Shown: positions 23,042 to 35,669 of the stretch, in pieces
Layout: every line of letters starts with the position of its first letter
How positions within the stretch are numbered: the stretch's first letter is position 1
Assembly: GCF_036588685.1 (NCBI RefSeq)
Contig: NC_086383.1
Coordinates: 42,036,001 to 42,100,000 of the forward strand
Origin: Mytilus trossulus
Taxonomy: Eukaryota
DNA: 64,000 nucleotides
Direction: 5' to 3'
The notes under the pieces: model-generated
What the model was told of the DNA's origin: nothing
The model's input: only the letters and a program-made list of their open reading frames with translations
Databases searched by the model: none
Position numbers and translations under genes: made by a program

Positions 23042-23360
23042 TATAAGAAGATGTGGTATGAGTGCCAATGAGAAACCTCTCCATCCAAGTCACAATGTGT
23101 AAAAGTAAACCATTATAGGTCAAAGTACGGCTTCAAGACAGAGCCTTGGCTTACACCGAACAGCAAGCTATAAAGGGCCCCAAAAATTACTAAGATAAAA
23201 CCATTCAAACAGGAAAACCAACGGTCTATATAAAAAACGAGAAACGAGAAACATTATGAACCACATCAACAAACGACAGCCACTGAACATCATGTTCCTG
23301 ACTTAGAACAGGTGCAAACATATGCAGCTGGTTCAAACGGTTAATAGGTGCCAACCCTCT
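23042..23360 (-). mobile_element. Dispersed repeat ending in TTGTCTCATTGGCA..CATACCACATCTTCTTAT (relatives near 1090-1345, 9200-9240, 26880-27255, 58965-59282)
   Basis: Mutual similarity among these copies and the shared CCTGT.C(C/T)AAGTCAGGA module. Confidence 0.6.
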
Positions 23361-26300
23361 TCCGACCTGACAGATATTTTTTTTTCAGAGTGTTTTTCTA
23401 GCAATTCATGTAGTTGGGTAAAATGGCTTTAAAAACGATATACGGTATGAACAATTGGCTACGATATGATTTATTTAAATTGGTGTTTGAGAAAAATAGT
23501 CAAACTATGCTTCTCACAAAAATTCACTGGATTAGACGCTTGATATTTTGATTTACAACGTATCTAATATTTTAGAAGACATTGTTTTCAAAAGCAGTCA
23601 AAATTCTAACTGTGCTCGAATTCGGTCGGTTTGTTTCTTTATTCATACGGGACCTTCTTCATACATGAACTTCTAAAGAGGAAAAAACAACGCTGTCTTT
23701 GTATTTTCACTTAATGTCCACAATGAACACGACATCATCTTACTAAATAATTGATAGTTGGTGACTATGTTGAAAGAATTTATCCCCAACAAACTAAAAA
23801 TAACACAGATAATTCTCGACTCTTTGTCACGTATTTTCTCTGTTTGTTAAAAACCCATTGTTGGCCTTTGGCTGTTTTCTGCTCTTTGCTCAGATTTTGT
23901 CTCTTTGACACATTCCCCGTTGGTATCGTCTGCCTCTTACATGTCTTAGTTTTTTTTCTATAAAGATCTTAGTTGGGAATTGTCATCGTGTTTTATATAA
24001 CTTATGTTGTTATAAGATACTTGCATTTTCACCAAAGCAGTATTGTTTCCAAATAGGGTTTCTGGAACAGTGGCAAGGTCATTCTCTTCCAGGATTCAGA
24101 AAAAAAAACTGATGTTAAATTTTGAGAGTTGTTTTACTAAAATGTTACTAATGCTAATTGACAAAATACAAGTTTCAACTGTTAATGGGCTCAAAAAGCA
24201 AAACTGTGTAATTTTATAACCAAAATATAAATATGAGGGTCATTCCTCATAGTAAGTTTGTTGTTTATACTTTATGTCCGTGTTGTTCAAATTTTCTTAG
24301 ATATTTAATGCAATTATGCATAAAGACATATACGCTATAACTATGTTATTTGTAGTAAATGAAAAATAAAATTTATTCAAATGATCGTTTAACTCTCTAA
24401 ATTATAAAATAAGATGAGACTAGATAACACTTTAAAACTATATACCATAATTCATAGCTCATTAAAGAAAACGTACTTATTAAGTAAACAATAATTCAAT
24501 CAATAATTGAATAAATACACAATGAATATTAACAAAAGTCAGACCAGCTCAAACAACAGTTATAGTATGTTATTATTGTAAAGAAATCACAGTTACAATG
24601 ACTAAATGATTAGAATTCACTTGTGTGTTAAATCATTCACTTAAAAAAGTTGTTATTGATGTTCCTTTTTCTGTCTGAAATACGTATGAAGTATTTTCGA
24701 ATGGATGTTTTCGAAGGTATTTTAAACAACTTAGAAAAATGCAACGTTTTATAAAGTAAGTATATAGTGTTAATCCTTGCACAAGCGAACAAAACGAAGT
24801 AAAATACTGATTTTTGGAGATGAAGTCTTTATTCTCCGAAGGGCGTTCTAAAGATAATCATTTCTCCAGCAAATTACCCTCTCCGTTGTCTTGGCCAGTA
24901 AATAATTAATACATACGTTAAGGCATTGGTGTTGTTAGTATATTTTAATGATAATAATTTTCACCTTTGTATTCTTTTCTTATTTTAATCGAACTCGTTC
25001 GGTCGGTCTGATATGATTCCTTGTTTGTAAGGGTGTGTGTTTGCCCACAATTAAGTCTTTAAGAAAACTCTAGATACTTTGCTCGAAATTCTCGGACTTT
25101 CAATGACGTTCAAACTTTGAGATTGGAATAGTCTTTATAAGTAGATCAATTCTGTAAGTCTAACGAGTCATTCCACATGTTCAGCAATGTTAGTTTATTG
25201 ATGACATTGTGTTATGACAAGTCGTATTTCATGGCAGAGAATACATAATATGTAACAGTTTTTTTCTACATATAGTAACTACATACAGCTTTAAAATTGT
25301 CTCAGGGAAGCTTGGAACTTCTATAAGTCCTCTGCCTTTGCAGTCCGTCGGTATAACACACTATTTCACAGCTAAATATTATCTTACAATCTTGATTGGC
25401 TTTGCAACTCTCCCCAATTAATAATGGTAGTGTTATTTCCTTGCACCAAAGTATTCATGACAAGGTTATACGAGTTTTTTTTTATATTGTGTCTATTATA
25501 TATACATTTAGAGCACACATTTATTTAATCATTGCTTGCTTTGTTCCTTCATTTATTTACTGTCATTATGATCAATTTAAATGCATGAAAGATCACAATT
25601 TTGAATTGAAATAGAAATAGGTGCATAATGTCCTTTTTTACGAATGAATAAAATGATTATGTTTTGTCATATTGTATAAGTGTATAGTGTAGTATCGCTT
25701 AACCCATTAAAGCATTTTGTTTTGGTATTTGAAGAATGCGTTACGGATGAAACAAAAAAAGTATTTATCTAAAACAAAATATTTATTATTTATGTGGACC
25801 ATAGAAAAAACTCTTTTATTGCGTTTCTGAAAATTAAAATAGACCCGTATACAGTTTTGGCACTCATTATATATCTAGATTGTTTTTAAAAAGGTATATT
25901 TGAAACTTTTATTGAAGTTCCCTTTTCATGTTAGTATTATACTGTACTGCACTTTACTTCATAGTTTAGCTAGAAACTTATTTTGTGATAATTTAGGTAG
26001 TAGTAAAATTGTATCTATGACTTATTGGAATTTTTGAATTTAATTATACAGATTACGGGTAGTAAGGTCGTCATATCGAGGAGCGTTTAGTTAAGTGATT
26101 TTGTCATAGTTTGGTTTAGTTTGTCATGGATTAGTTAGGTTACTTCCCAGAACGATTGCCTCAAATAAGCAAATAAAAAGCAAACTACATGTTTAAATCT
26201 ATATTGTAAGTCAAACGATCTAAATTAAAATTGACGTTTTTAAGAAAATAAGGATGTCCAAAATATCGATATTGGTATTATTTGGTTAAGCATTGCTTCT

Positions 26301-28545
26301 GTTTCAAATAGACACCAGTTTAATCTCATTTCTTTAATAACCTATAGTTGAAATTGACATAAAAAAATACTTTCAAAGTGTTAAATTTAAATGCAAGAAA
26401 GATCACATTTTTGAATTGAATTAGAAATAGGTCCATAATGTCCTTTTTTTTTTTAACGAACGAATAAAATGATCATGTTTTGTTATATTGTATAAGTGTA
26501 TTGTGTAATATCACTTCACCCATTAAAACATTTCTTTTTCTTTTATGCAATAAAGTTCCGATAGTAAAAAAATATGAGTATTTAGTATGAAGAAATGTAC
26601 ATGATTATATGTGATCGATAAAAATAATTGAAAAATTCCAAGATACACTTGTTATAGTTTTTAGTACAATAAGTACATTTTATGGCCTTACTTTTGACCC
26701 GACTAGACGAGAAATAAGAGAATAAGATGAATATTAATTGGAAACAGAATTCCATTCTGAAATTAAAAAAAATGGATTTAAGATTTTTTTAGTTGCTATT
26801 GGCTTGAAAATACTCACAGATCGGTTCTTTGTGTCTTTGGTGTTTTTACTTGATTATTTTGCTTTGTATCGATCTGATGAGTCAAGTCCTTTTCATCTAA
26901 TTTTTATAGTTTGTTTTGTTGTTACACTTCTGCCCAGGTTATGGCAAGGGAATGGTTGGGATACTTCAAGCATTTAAACTACGCCATATTCTTCATGTGC
27001 CTGTCTTAATCCAGAGTCTGTAATGAAGTGGCTGTCGATTGTTACTGTATATCATATTTTTTTTTATTATTGTTTTGAACATAAATCAGATCGTCGGTTT
27101 TCTAATTTGAATTGCTTAATCTTTAATTGTGTCGGAGCCTTTAATTGCTTACTAAGAGATATGAGTTTTGTTGAAGGCTGTAAAGCAACCTAACATTTAC
27201 GTCATTTGGTCTAGGGCGGATAGTTGTCTCATTGGAAATCATACTGCATTTACTAATTGTATATTACCATGTTCTTTTTTAGGTCCTTTTCTATTCCGAT
27301 TGAAATGCATTTAATTTAACATATTACTCTCGTGATATATTTATACATGCGTGGTCTATAAATATGATAACTATAATAATAATATCTTAAATTCACACGA
27401 TTTATTTCACTAGTAACACGATTTAAGTCATTTTGGTCTGATCAAGTCTGAATTGACTATATTTACCGCTAGAGAACAACGTTAAGACTTTTTCAGACTT
27501 TCAGACGCTGTTCCGATATACTGTGTTCAGTCCGTTCATTCATGTCAAGATAAACAAGACGGACGGCTCAAGCGTTCGTTTAAGACTTGATCAGACCAAA
27601 GGTAAACATTCTGTTGAGTTTTTGTAAGATCGTGTCCAGTCGTGTTAAGATTTTGAAGATTTTAAATAAAACGGGCGACACTTACTCTTTGTCTCTCAGG
27701 GGTTGCTCCCCCTTTATGAATAAAATCGGCAAAGTTTGGAGGATATATTTTTGTGGTCTTTCAATGTAGTACTGTATATCTATTTCATTAACGTATGGAA
27801 ACTTACAATTCATTTTTTTCTTTCCGATAGGATTTTTAACATTTAATTTGTTATATATAAGAAAATATTAATTGTTGTAAAGTCATAAAAACTTTGCAGT
27901 CGTGCTGTCTGACACAAATTAATCCTGTGTTTATTCATTCCGCCTGTAAAGATATAATGATTAGTACTATATCTCAAAAATGTTCTTAAACACATGTTTG
28001 TCTGTAAAGTCAAATAATTGTTCTTAGCCATATTTAATTTGTCAAGAAAAACATATTCTGAGTATCTGATTAACTTTAATTTAATTTTCAATTTTTGACA
28101 GATAACAGATGTTTGGTGAAAGTCATTTACATTTCAATAAAAGGATCGGGTAAAATTATTATATTTACAAAAAAAAGATTATCCTTTTTCAAAATGAATG
28201 CAACAAGAATACAAGCATATCTTAAGAATTTAGTTAACAGTTTATATTTACCATAAGGTACCTATCAGACCGATTTTGATACTTCTCTGACACTTTTTTC
28301 CATCACGTTTTTTCAAGCAATAACTAATAAATACTAATAAGTACTTTTTGGTTTAACTGTTTTAAAAAAAATTTAAATTGGGAAATAAATCATATTTAGA
28401 AGAGGAAAAGACACAAGGATATTAAAACCAGAAAAGAAGAACATAAACTAAATTAGGTGTTTTGGTATAAATGTACTGTTTATTAATAAAAGAGGAGCGG
28501 GCGAAATATACCAGAGGGACAGTCAAACTCATATATCGAAACACT

Positions 28546-28914
28546 GTGTTGTTTTGAATTTTTTTACATCACCGGGTCGAAACCTCTGCTGGTGAAATAT
28601 CAGTTCCCGTGGGTATCATCAGCTCAGTAGTAAGTACTTCGGTACTGACATGCATGATTTAACAAACTCTAAAATTGTCCGTTTAGAAATATTGAAATTA
28701 TTAAGAAACTAAGGTTTCAACTCCCTCAGGCAAAGTTGACTTTAGATGAATTTGGCTATTTATTTTAGATATTTTTGTCATATAGCTCTTCAACGGTTTC
28801 GGTTCTTATATATCTTTGGATTTCAAATATTTGTCTTTGAACGTTCTTTATGAAGGTAATCCAGAAAAGCGCTTTGGACGCATATAATTATTAAACGTGT
28901 TGTTTCAATTTTTT
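28546..28914 (+). mobile_element. Second retrozyme family, ~1.05 units of 351 bp, with a decayed hammerhead
   Basis: Terminal redundancy GTGTTGTTT at 28546 and 28897; shares the GGGTCGA..GCTGGTG..GGGTATCA..TTCG-hairpin domain with the 354-bp unit; HHR-like ACGTTC-TTTATGA-AGGTAATCCA-GAAA-AGCGCTTT^GGACG with a mutated core. Confidence 0.75.
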
Positions 28915-29899
28915 GTAAGCTATACCAGTTCCCCATCATTACCAAATGCATGTAAAACCATTAAAAAACGAAGACAAAAGTATAATTTTGGCAGAATAAA
29001 TAAAACAATAAAAAAAAAACAAATGTGACACATAAATTATTTTTGAAAAAAACGACTCCCTCAGTTATTATAGGGGTTCGCATAACATCTAATAACTTGA
29101 TCAGAATTATTGCAAAGCTTTTATTATTGCTAAATGTGCGACTAGAAGAATCATCATGAAATAGAACTCGCATTTTTATAAATTTATTTATGTAACTTTT
29201 CATGTAAACCACATTTTTGTGCACTGTTCAATAATCGGGAAAAAATAAGTACATACACACATTTCTGAATTTACAACAGTTTAAAGTTAGGTGGTGTATA
29301 TGGAAAATGTTAAGACAGCGCTTTGCACCTAAGAGAACATTTTTGATGATGATTGAATGAAACCCTTAAAACGTAATGCATTTCGATGATTTGAACACAT
29401 AAAGAGGTTTTTCCCACGTAATCGGATAATCCTATTAAACCGATTTTTGCCGTTAAACAGTTTATGGAAATCTAGATTTGTCAGGTTTCTTACATTTGAA
29501 AGCGTTATATCTAAAGCCATAAAGACTATTATGCATTTGTAGGGTCAACTACTGCAAATATTAGAAAGAAAAAGAAACCAGACAAAAATAAATTATTTGA
29601 ACTCTACTAAATGGAACATTTAGATTTTAGGTTCATCCCTCTGCATTGATAACTTCCCGATAAGTTCATACAAATACGGGCAGTTTAGTTCAGATTATTA
29701 AACTTTTATTGTAACCAATTAGAACAGTCAGTTATAGTAAACACAATGAAGATAAAAGAGTAACAGAACGGTTGTCAGATAAAAATATGCAATAGGGCTG
29801 AGGCCTCAACTAGGTCGTGGCCTGGTTCAAGCGCATAATATTTAAAAACAACACCCTGTACGAAGATAAAAGAAATTTAAAAAAAAGTATGGTCGAATC

Positions 29900-30742
29900 A
29901 AAAGAGGGACGAAAGATACCAATGGACAGTCAAACTCATAAATCGAAAATAAACTGACAACACCAAGGCTAAAAATGAAAAAGACAACCAGACAAATAAT
30001 AGTACACATGACACAACATAGAAAACTAAAGAGTAAACAACACGAACAGCCCCAAAAAATAGGGGTGATCTAAGGTGCTCCGGAAGGGTAAGCAGATCCT
30101 GGTCCACATGTGGCACCCATCGTGTTGCTTATGTGATAACAAATTCGGTAAAGAGTCCTATTCGGTATAGGTCAAATTCATGAAAGGGAAGCGGATTGTA
30201 GTAACGACGTAAGGAACATATCCAATATCATTTGTGAAACGGTTATTTCATAACGGTCAACCAGCGCGTGATGGCGTCCGTAACATTAACGAAGTGATGA
30301 TTCAACTTTTCCATTTGGAACTCTTGATTTAATAGTTTCCTTGTGAGCAACAACCCTCTATCAAGAAAATCATGATAGGAAATGCAAGCATGGGAATATC
30401 GTATCAATTGAGAGATATATACACCGTATGGAGGTGCTGCTGGAATGTTGCTACTTAGAAATGGAAAGTTCACAATTGGAAAGCTGAAATCTCTTTTGTC
30501 GTAAAGTTTTGTTTTCAACCGACCCTCATTGTCAATTTCTAGATGTAAGTCAAGATATGAGGCCGACTTAACTGTATCTGTTTTATCCTTTACCTCTAGT
30601 TCGATGGGATAGATGCGTTCAACATAATCACCAAATTTTGAATTATTTAGTGAAAGAACATCATCTATATAGAGGAAAGTAGAGTTAAAAGATATTGCTA
30701 ACTTTTTTTATCTTTCTTCATAAGAAGCTCCTGTATGAAGTC
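29900..30742 (-). mobile_element. Decayed 5'-truncated Naiad-type PLE (RT fragment plus 3' UTR)
   Basis: Minus-strand FLYIDDVLSLNN near 30645-30680 and YDKRDFSFPIVNFPFLSSNIPAAPPYGVYISQLIRY; frameshifts and stops. Confidence 0.88.
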
Positions 30743-30976
30743 AAAATATTCTGTTAAAAAATAAACTATTTAGTAGCGTATTAATAGATACATGATATAA
30801 GATGATGTGTTAAATATTTTTCAAAATCATCTTATGATAAACCAAAATTTTCCAGCTTCGTTGTTAACGGATTATCTAAAACGTTAAATCGCATAAACGT
30901 TTAACAAATATACTGAACTCAAAGGCAAACTCAAAAAGGGGAAGTTCATATTTTTTCTCTCGTTATCTATCAAAGA

Positions 30977-31160
30977 TGGGGATAGGGCCTTTATCGGGTA
31001 TTTTTAAGCTCGGGATTTCGGGATTGATCCTTTCGGGATCCGGTAATTCTTTTTTTTTAACTTCGGGATGTCGGTATTTAATTTTTTTAAATTCGGGACC
31101 TCGGGATTTTGTGTTTTTAATCCTGGGATTTCAGGACCAGGACCCCTCCTAACCCCCCTC
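30977..31160. mobile_element. Small MITE-like element with internal (TTCGGGA)n motifs
   Basis: G-rich left end, C-rich right end, repeated TCGGGA; ATCAAAG flanks both sides (possible TSD). Confidence 0.45.
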
Positions 31161-32080
31161 ATCAAAGGAACAAGCGAAACAAGACTGCTATACTTTTGAC
31201 TGGGTACAGATATCTTCTAAAGATAAGGGTGGGTTTAATCAGGTTAAATAGACAGCTAAATTCCCATATGGTCTGATGAATGTTTTCTTAGATAAGATAC
31301 TTTTTCTTGTAATTGAAGCCAAAAAGTGGCATATTAGTGGATGGTATATACACTATCTAAATCTGAGTAAATTTAAGAGCAGTTATCTGACATATGAAAG
31401 CAACAAAACTTTTCCATTGCTTTCAATATTTAAAAAAAACCCCATCTTTTTCTTGTGTGGTAAGAAAAATCAAAATAACCAAGTCACGTAAAACTCATAC
31501 AGTTAGTTATGCCTCTTTGTCCAATAGCCATCACTTCATTTAAGGCTTATGAGAAATAACAATTCGCATTGGGGCAAAATGAACACGATGAATAATGCTT
31601 ATCTTAGGAAACAGGATAGCACAATTAGAAATTAAACACTTAGTTTACGAAAATTGGTACAAAGAGTCTTCACTCACATGCATGGAATGAACCATACTTG
31701 AAAATCAAAATAACCAAGTCACGTAAAACTCATACAGTTAGTTATGCCTCTTTGTCCAATATCCATCACGTTGTACATCTAAGGCTAATGAGAAATGACA
31801 AGATGAAGAATAAAGGCAACAGTAGTATACCGCTGTACGAAATTCATAAATCGATTGAGAAAAAACCCCAAATCCGGGTTACAAACTAAAATTGAGGGAA
31901 ACGCATCAAATATAAGAGGAGAACTACGACACAATTGAAACACAACATTAAAATGTAACATACACAGAAACGAACTTTAATATAAGAATGGCTATTTTCC
32001 TGACTTGTAGCATGCCAAACCATTTCTAAAGAAAACATTCCTTAACAAAGATGATAGAACAATTAGAAATATAACACTTT

Positions 32081-32139
32081 ATGTAGACGAAACGCGCGTC
32101 TGGCGTATAAAATTATAATCCTGGTACTTTTGATAACTA
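32081..32139 (+). mobile_element. 59-bp retrozyme fragment (3' half of the hammerhead plus 39 nt)
   Basis: ATGTAGACGAAACGCGCGTCTGGCGT...GATAACTA; the related local repeat near 31621-31700 lacks it. Confidence 0.85.
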
Positions 32140-32491
32140 TTATCACAAATGTACAAAGGGTTTTCACTCACCTGCCTTTAATGAACCATACTTGAATATT
32201 CCATATAACTACGAGGGTCTTTATAAAATTAAGAAATGTAGCATAACTGCAAAATTAGACGATTATCCACTGGAGACTAACGTTCGTCTTTAAATAAAAT
32301 GTGTTGACTGTGTACATTTTGTACCTGTAGATATTAATGACTAAGAACGAATAGATTTAATTAAAAGTTGACTCTCGTCGTGTAGGCATAAAAGTTATGA
32401 GGTCATTTGAAACAAAAGAAAATGCCAGTCTTTATATTAGATATCAAACTGAAAATGTAATGCTAATGTATGATACTGATATTTGAGGATA

Positions 32492-32697
32492 TGAATTTTC
32501 CGAAAAACTAAAGATTTTCTTATCCCAGGCATAGATTACCTAAGCCGTATTTGGCACAACTTCAGGAATTTTGGATATTCAATGCTCTTCAACTTTGTAC
32601 TTATTTGGCTTTATAATTATTTTGATATGAGCGAGTCTTATTTAGACGAAACGTGCGTCTGGCGCACTAAATTATAATCTTGGTACCTTTGATAACT
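32492..32697 (+). mobile_element. Truncated retrozyme copy with the hammerhead core deleted
   Basis: Homologous to the 354-bp unit; GAGCG^AGTCTT lacks TCACTGATG. Confidence 0.85.
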
Positions 32698-33844
32698 TCT
32701 ATAGATACATGTCTTTATGTCATTTGCCTTATCGTCTAAAAAGTAGAAGAAAGATAAAAAAAATATCGAACCCCGAGGAAATTTCAAAACAGAAAGTCTG
32801 TTATCAAACGGCAAAATCAAAACCTAAAACACATCAAACTAATGGTTAACAACTGTCATATTTCTGACTCGGTACAGAAGTTTTCTTATGCATAAATTGG
32901 TGGATTAAAACTGGTTTTATAGCTAGCTAAACCTCTTACTTGTATAACAATCTCAAGTATAGAGTGGTACCAATAAAAACTAGTATGATAGAACAAACAA
33001 AGAATATGTGGTATCCATAGGCAAAAACCCACAAAAAGCATGTAGCATTTTCACTAAACTCAAACTGTTGAACAAAAAGGAGTTGTCTATTGTTTAAATT
33101 ACTTTCAAGTAATAAAATATAACTATCCCCTTCATCCCTCTTGACAAAACTTTGTAGACCCCATCGAACCGTGTTACCATTTCTTTCGTGTTTTCCCTGA
33201 TAATACACGCATTAGATTGCGCCATACATTATGCCAACGTCTTAAGATAAAGAAATGCGTCATAATAGCCATTTTGATAACAGAAAGTGTACGTTAGCAA
33301 CGATATGCCAACGTACGTCCTTCAATTTTAAACAAAAACTCATACAATATTATAGGATATGAAAAAAACCCCGACAGGACAAATGTAAAACGATATGAGA
33401 TAGAAAGCTAACATATCAAGAAATGGGTAATTTGATATGTATTATTGTCAAGAAAAGAACTAAAAAAGTCACAAGTTAAGTATCGAATGACAATATAAAA
33501 CTTTTAAAATTGGCACAGTAAACATATTTTTCTTCTTAAAAGTGTCCTATTGTTACTTTATTTGAAATATTATTCTATAAGTTTTAATGTTTAATGACAA
33601 AAAAATGACGCGACAATGATAGAACGAGTAAGCAACAAATAACGCTTGACAAGAAATTCAACATTAATTGATCAATGTAACACGACTGACCAACCAGTAT
33701 TGACACAAACACGTGATTCTGTAAGTCAATGTCTCACTTCTGACCTATCAGTATTGACAAAAACACGTGATAAGTCCATGCCTCACTTCACGCCCAAAGA
33801 ACGATAGAGATAAAATAACAGATAATGTACACATTCAGCATTAC

Positions 33845-34163
33845 ATGATGAAAAAGTATGTACTATTTTGTATTCTCTACATCCAAACGGCATCCACACT
33901 GGCGATTGAAGAATCTAGAATCAAGCCGATCTCTGCAGACTATATACCCGAGCATGATAACAACTATGAAGAAATGAATTCCGTTGGAATATACCAAGAA
34001 AGTTCCTTCTTGGAATGCGCTATGAAATGTTCTTCAGATGAGCATTGTTTGTCGTTTTTTTACAATAATATGACAAGAGTATGCATCCTTCATCAAGATC
34101 CATTTACTTATACTGTCATGTCATTGAGAGAGAATGAATGGAAGTTTTACCTCACAAGGGATC
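33845..34163 (+). CDS. Exon 1 of secreted PAN/apple + C-type lectin-like protein (signal peptide and PAN domain)
   Basis: MMKKYVLFCILYIQTASTLA signal-like start; PAN pattern ECAMKC...CLSFFYN...CILH; phase-1 donor C|GTAAGT at 34164. Confidence 0.85.
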
Positions 34164-34290
34164 GTAAGTTTAAGTTTTACCTCACACGGGATCGTAAGTT
34201 TAAGTTTTACCTTACACGGGAATTTAAGTTCAAATTTTATCTAACACGGGAATATGAGTTCAAATTTTAACTAACACGGGAAGTTAAGTA
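34142..34290 (+). repeat. 30-bp tandem repeat (5 units) spanning the exon 1 donor
   Basis: AAGTTTTACCTCACA(A/C)GGGATCGTAAGTTT units with progressive divergence. Confidence 0.9.
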
Positions 34291-34612
34291 CCACATCTCT
34301 ATTCAATGTTTTAAGTATTCTCATAGAAACTATGAAGGGGTTTAGAAATATGATGTTGAAACGGTCAGTCAAAAGTAGGAAATAAAGAATCTGCGCTTTT
34401 ATGATATTTTTTTGCAGAACTAAAATATGTGGAGGCGGTTTTTGGGTTAAAATAAGCTTCACTTTCTACAAGCACGTTTATGTCAGCCATTATCAGTATC
34501 TTCTAAAAAACACATGATTTTATATATTTTTGCAATTCTATTTTTACTAAGTGCATGACAAGCCTAAATCTAAAATAATTTGTACAACGTTTTTGTCCAT
34601 CATATTTTGCAG

Positions 34613-34771
34613 GTAGTGGTCGCTGTTTGGTTGATTTTGTTTACTTCAGAGAGCTTGACCTTTGTTATCAGTTTGGTCCTATATTTCAACAGAATGATTC
34701 AATGAGCCTAACAAGTTATCTTATTCGTATTAACTCAATAGAAAGACACCAGTACATTCGACTTGTAACAG
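34613..34771 (+). CDS. Exon 2 of PAN/C-type lectin gene
   Basis: TTTTGCAG acceptor and G|GTAAGG donor, phase 1-1; encodes SGRCLVDFVYFRELDLCYQF...LIRINSIERHQYI, the CTLD N-terminus. Confidence 0.85.
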
Positions 34772-34954
34772 GTAAGGAAGAATCGTTATCCTGAAGGCAC
34801 ATTTTAATGCCTTTTTTCTCCCAATAGATTGGTTACAAAATAAATCAAAAATTAAGATGACAAAATTGTTGGTTGTATATTGGATTCAACCTATAATTAA
34901 AATTTAAAAATAAGAAAGCAATGAATTATATTAGTTTATGTTTCTTTGCTACAT

Positions 34955-35386
34955 ATATGACGTGGCTTAATACTTATACATCCCGTCATTGTGTTATTGT
35001 ACTATATTAATTTCTGTATTTTTGTCTTAGTTTTTTTGCTTCTGTGTAACATATTTGTTTGGTTTTTAGTGATTAAGATTATAACACAATCTTGACAGTT
35101 GTCCCCCTATTTTTGACATGTTTACCTATTATTTCTGTTTGTTTTGTCCATGCATCGTTGTTAATATACTGGAATTTGATGTGACTGTCATACAAGTGAG
35201 AGGTTAAGTAATGTAATAATCCAGGTTCAATCCACCGTTTTCTACATGAAGATGCCTGTTCCAAGTCAGGAATATAACAGTTGTTATCCATTCGTTTGAT
35301 CTGTTTGAGCTTGTGATTTGCTATTTGATTTGGGACTTTCTGTTTTGAATTTCCTCGGAGTTCTGTATTTTAGTGATTATCACATT
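34955..35386 (+). mobile_element. Naiad 3'-UTR-like fragment in lectin intron 2 (relative near 32755-32945, minus)
   Basis: Shares the TGACGTGGCT..TACATCCCGTCA hairpin and the terminal CAAGTCAGGAATAT...GTATTTT.GTGATT segment with the 62126-63331 UTR. Confidence 0.7.
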
Positions 35387-35451
35387 TAAACGTTGTTGCA
35401 AAGTTTGTCTGTTTATCTTTTATAATAATTATAAAAATACATTCATTGCAG

Positions 35452-35669
35452 CTCACATAGGGTTAGTGTATGATGCTGCAATTTGCATACAAGGCAAAAA
35501 CACAGGAGCAGGGTGGATGTACAATGATGGTTCTCCAATGAGGTTTAACAGATGGATTCAAGATGAACCAAAAGGATTATCGAACGTCATCATGATGTTT
35601 CGGTTTGCACACAACGGATGGGCAGTCCCTAAAAATGACAATGTGTGTAGCTATATTTGTGAATACTGA
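35452..35669 (+). CDS. Exon 3 of PAN/C-type lectin gene (total CDS 696 nt, 231 aa)
   Basis: CATTGCAG acceptor; in frame WMYNDGSP..WIQDEPK..CSYICEY*; AATAAA near 35706. Confidence 0.85.

Larger units (their letters stand above)
290..26215 (+). repeat. Segmental/tandem duplication, copy A
   Basis: Colinear near-identity with 35380-62128 from TCACATTTAAACGTTGTTGC to ATATTGTAAGTCAAA, apart from copy-specific insertions; ORF pairs such as 20324/56247 and 10920/50832 match. Confidence 0.95.

Noticed and set aside
32625-32668. Additional active hammerheads here and near 28840-28880
   Set aside because: The CUGAUGA core is deleted in the first; in the second the core reads UUUAUGA and the elements look decayed.
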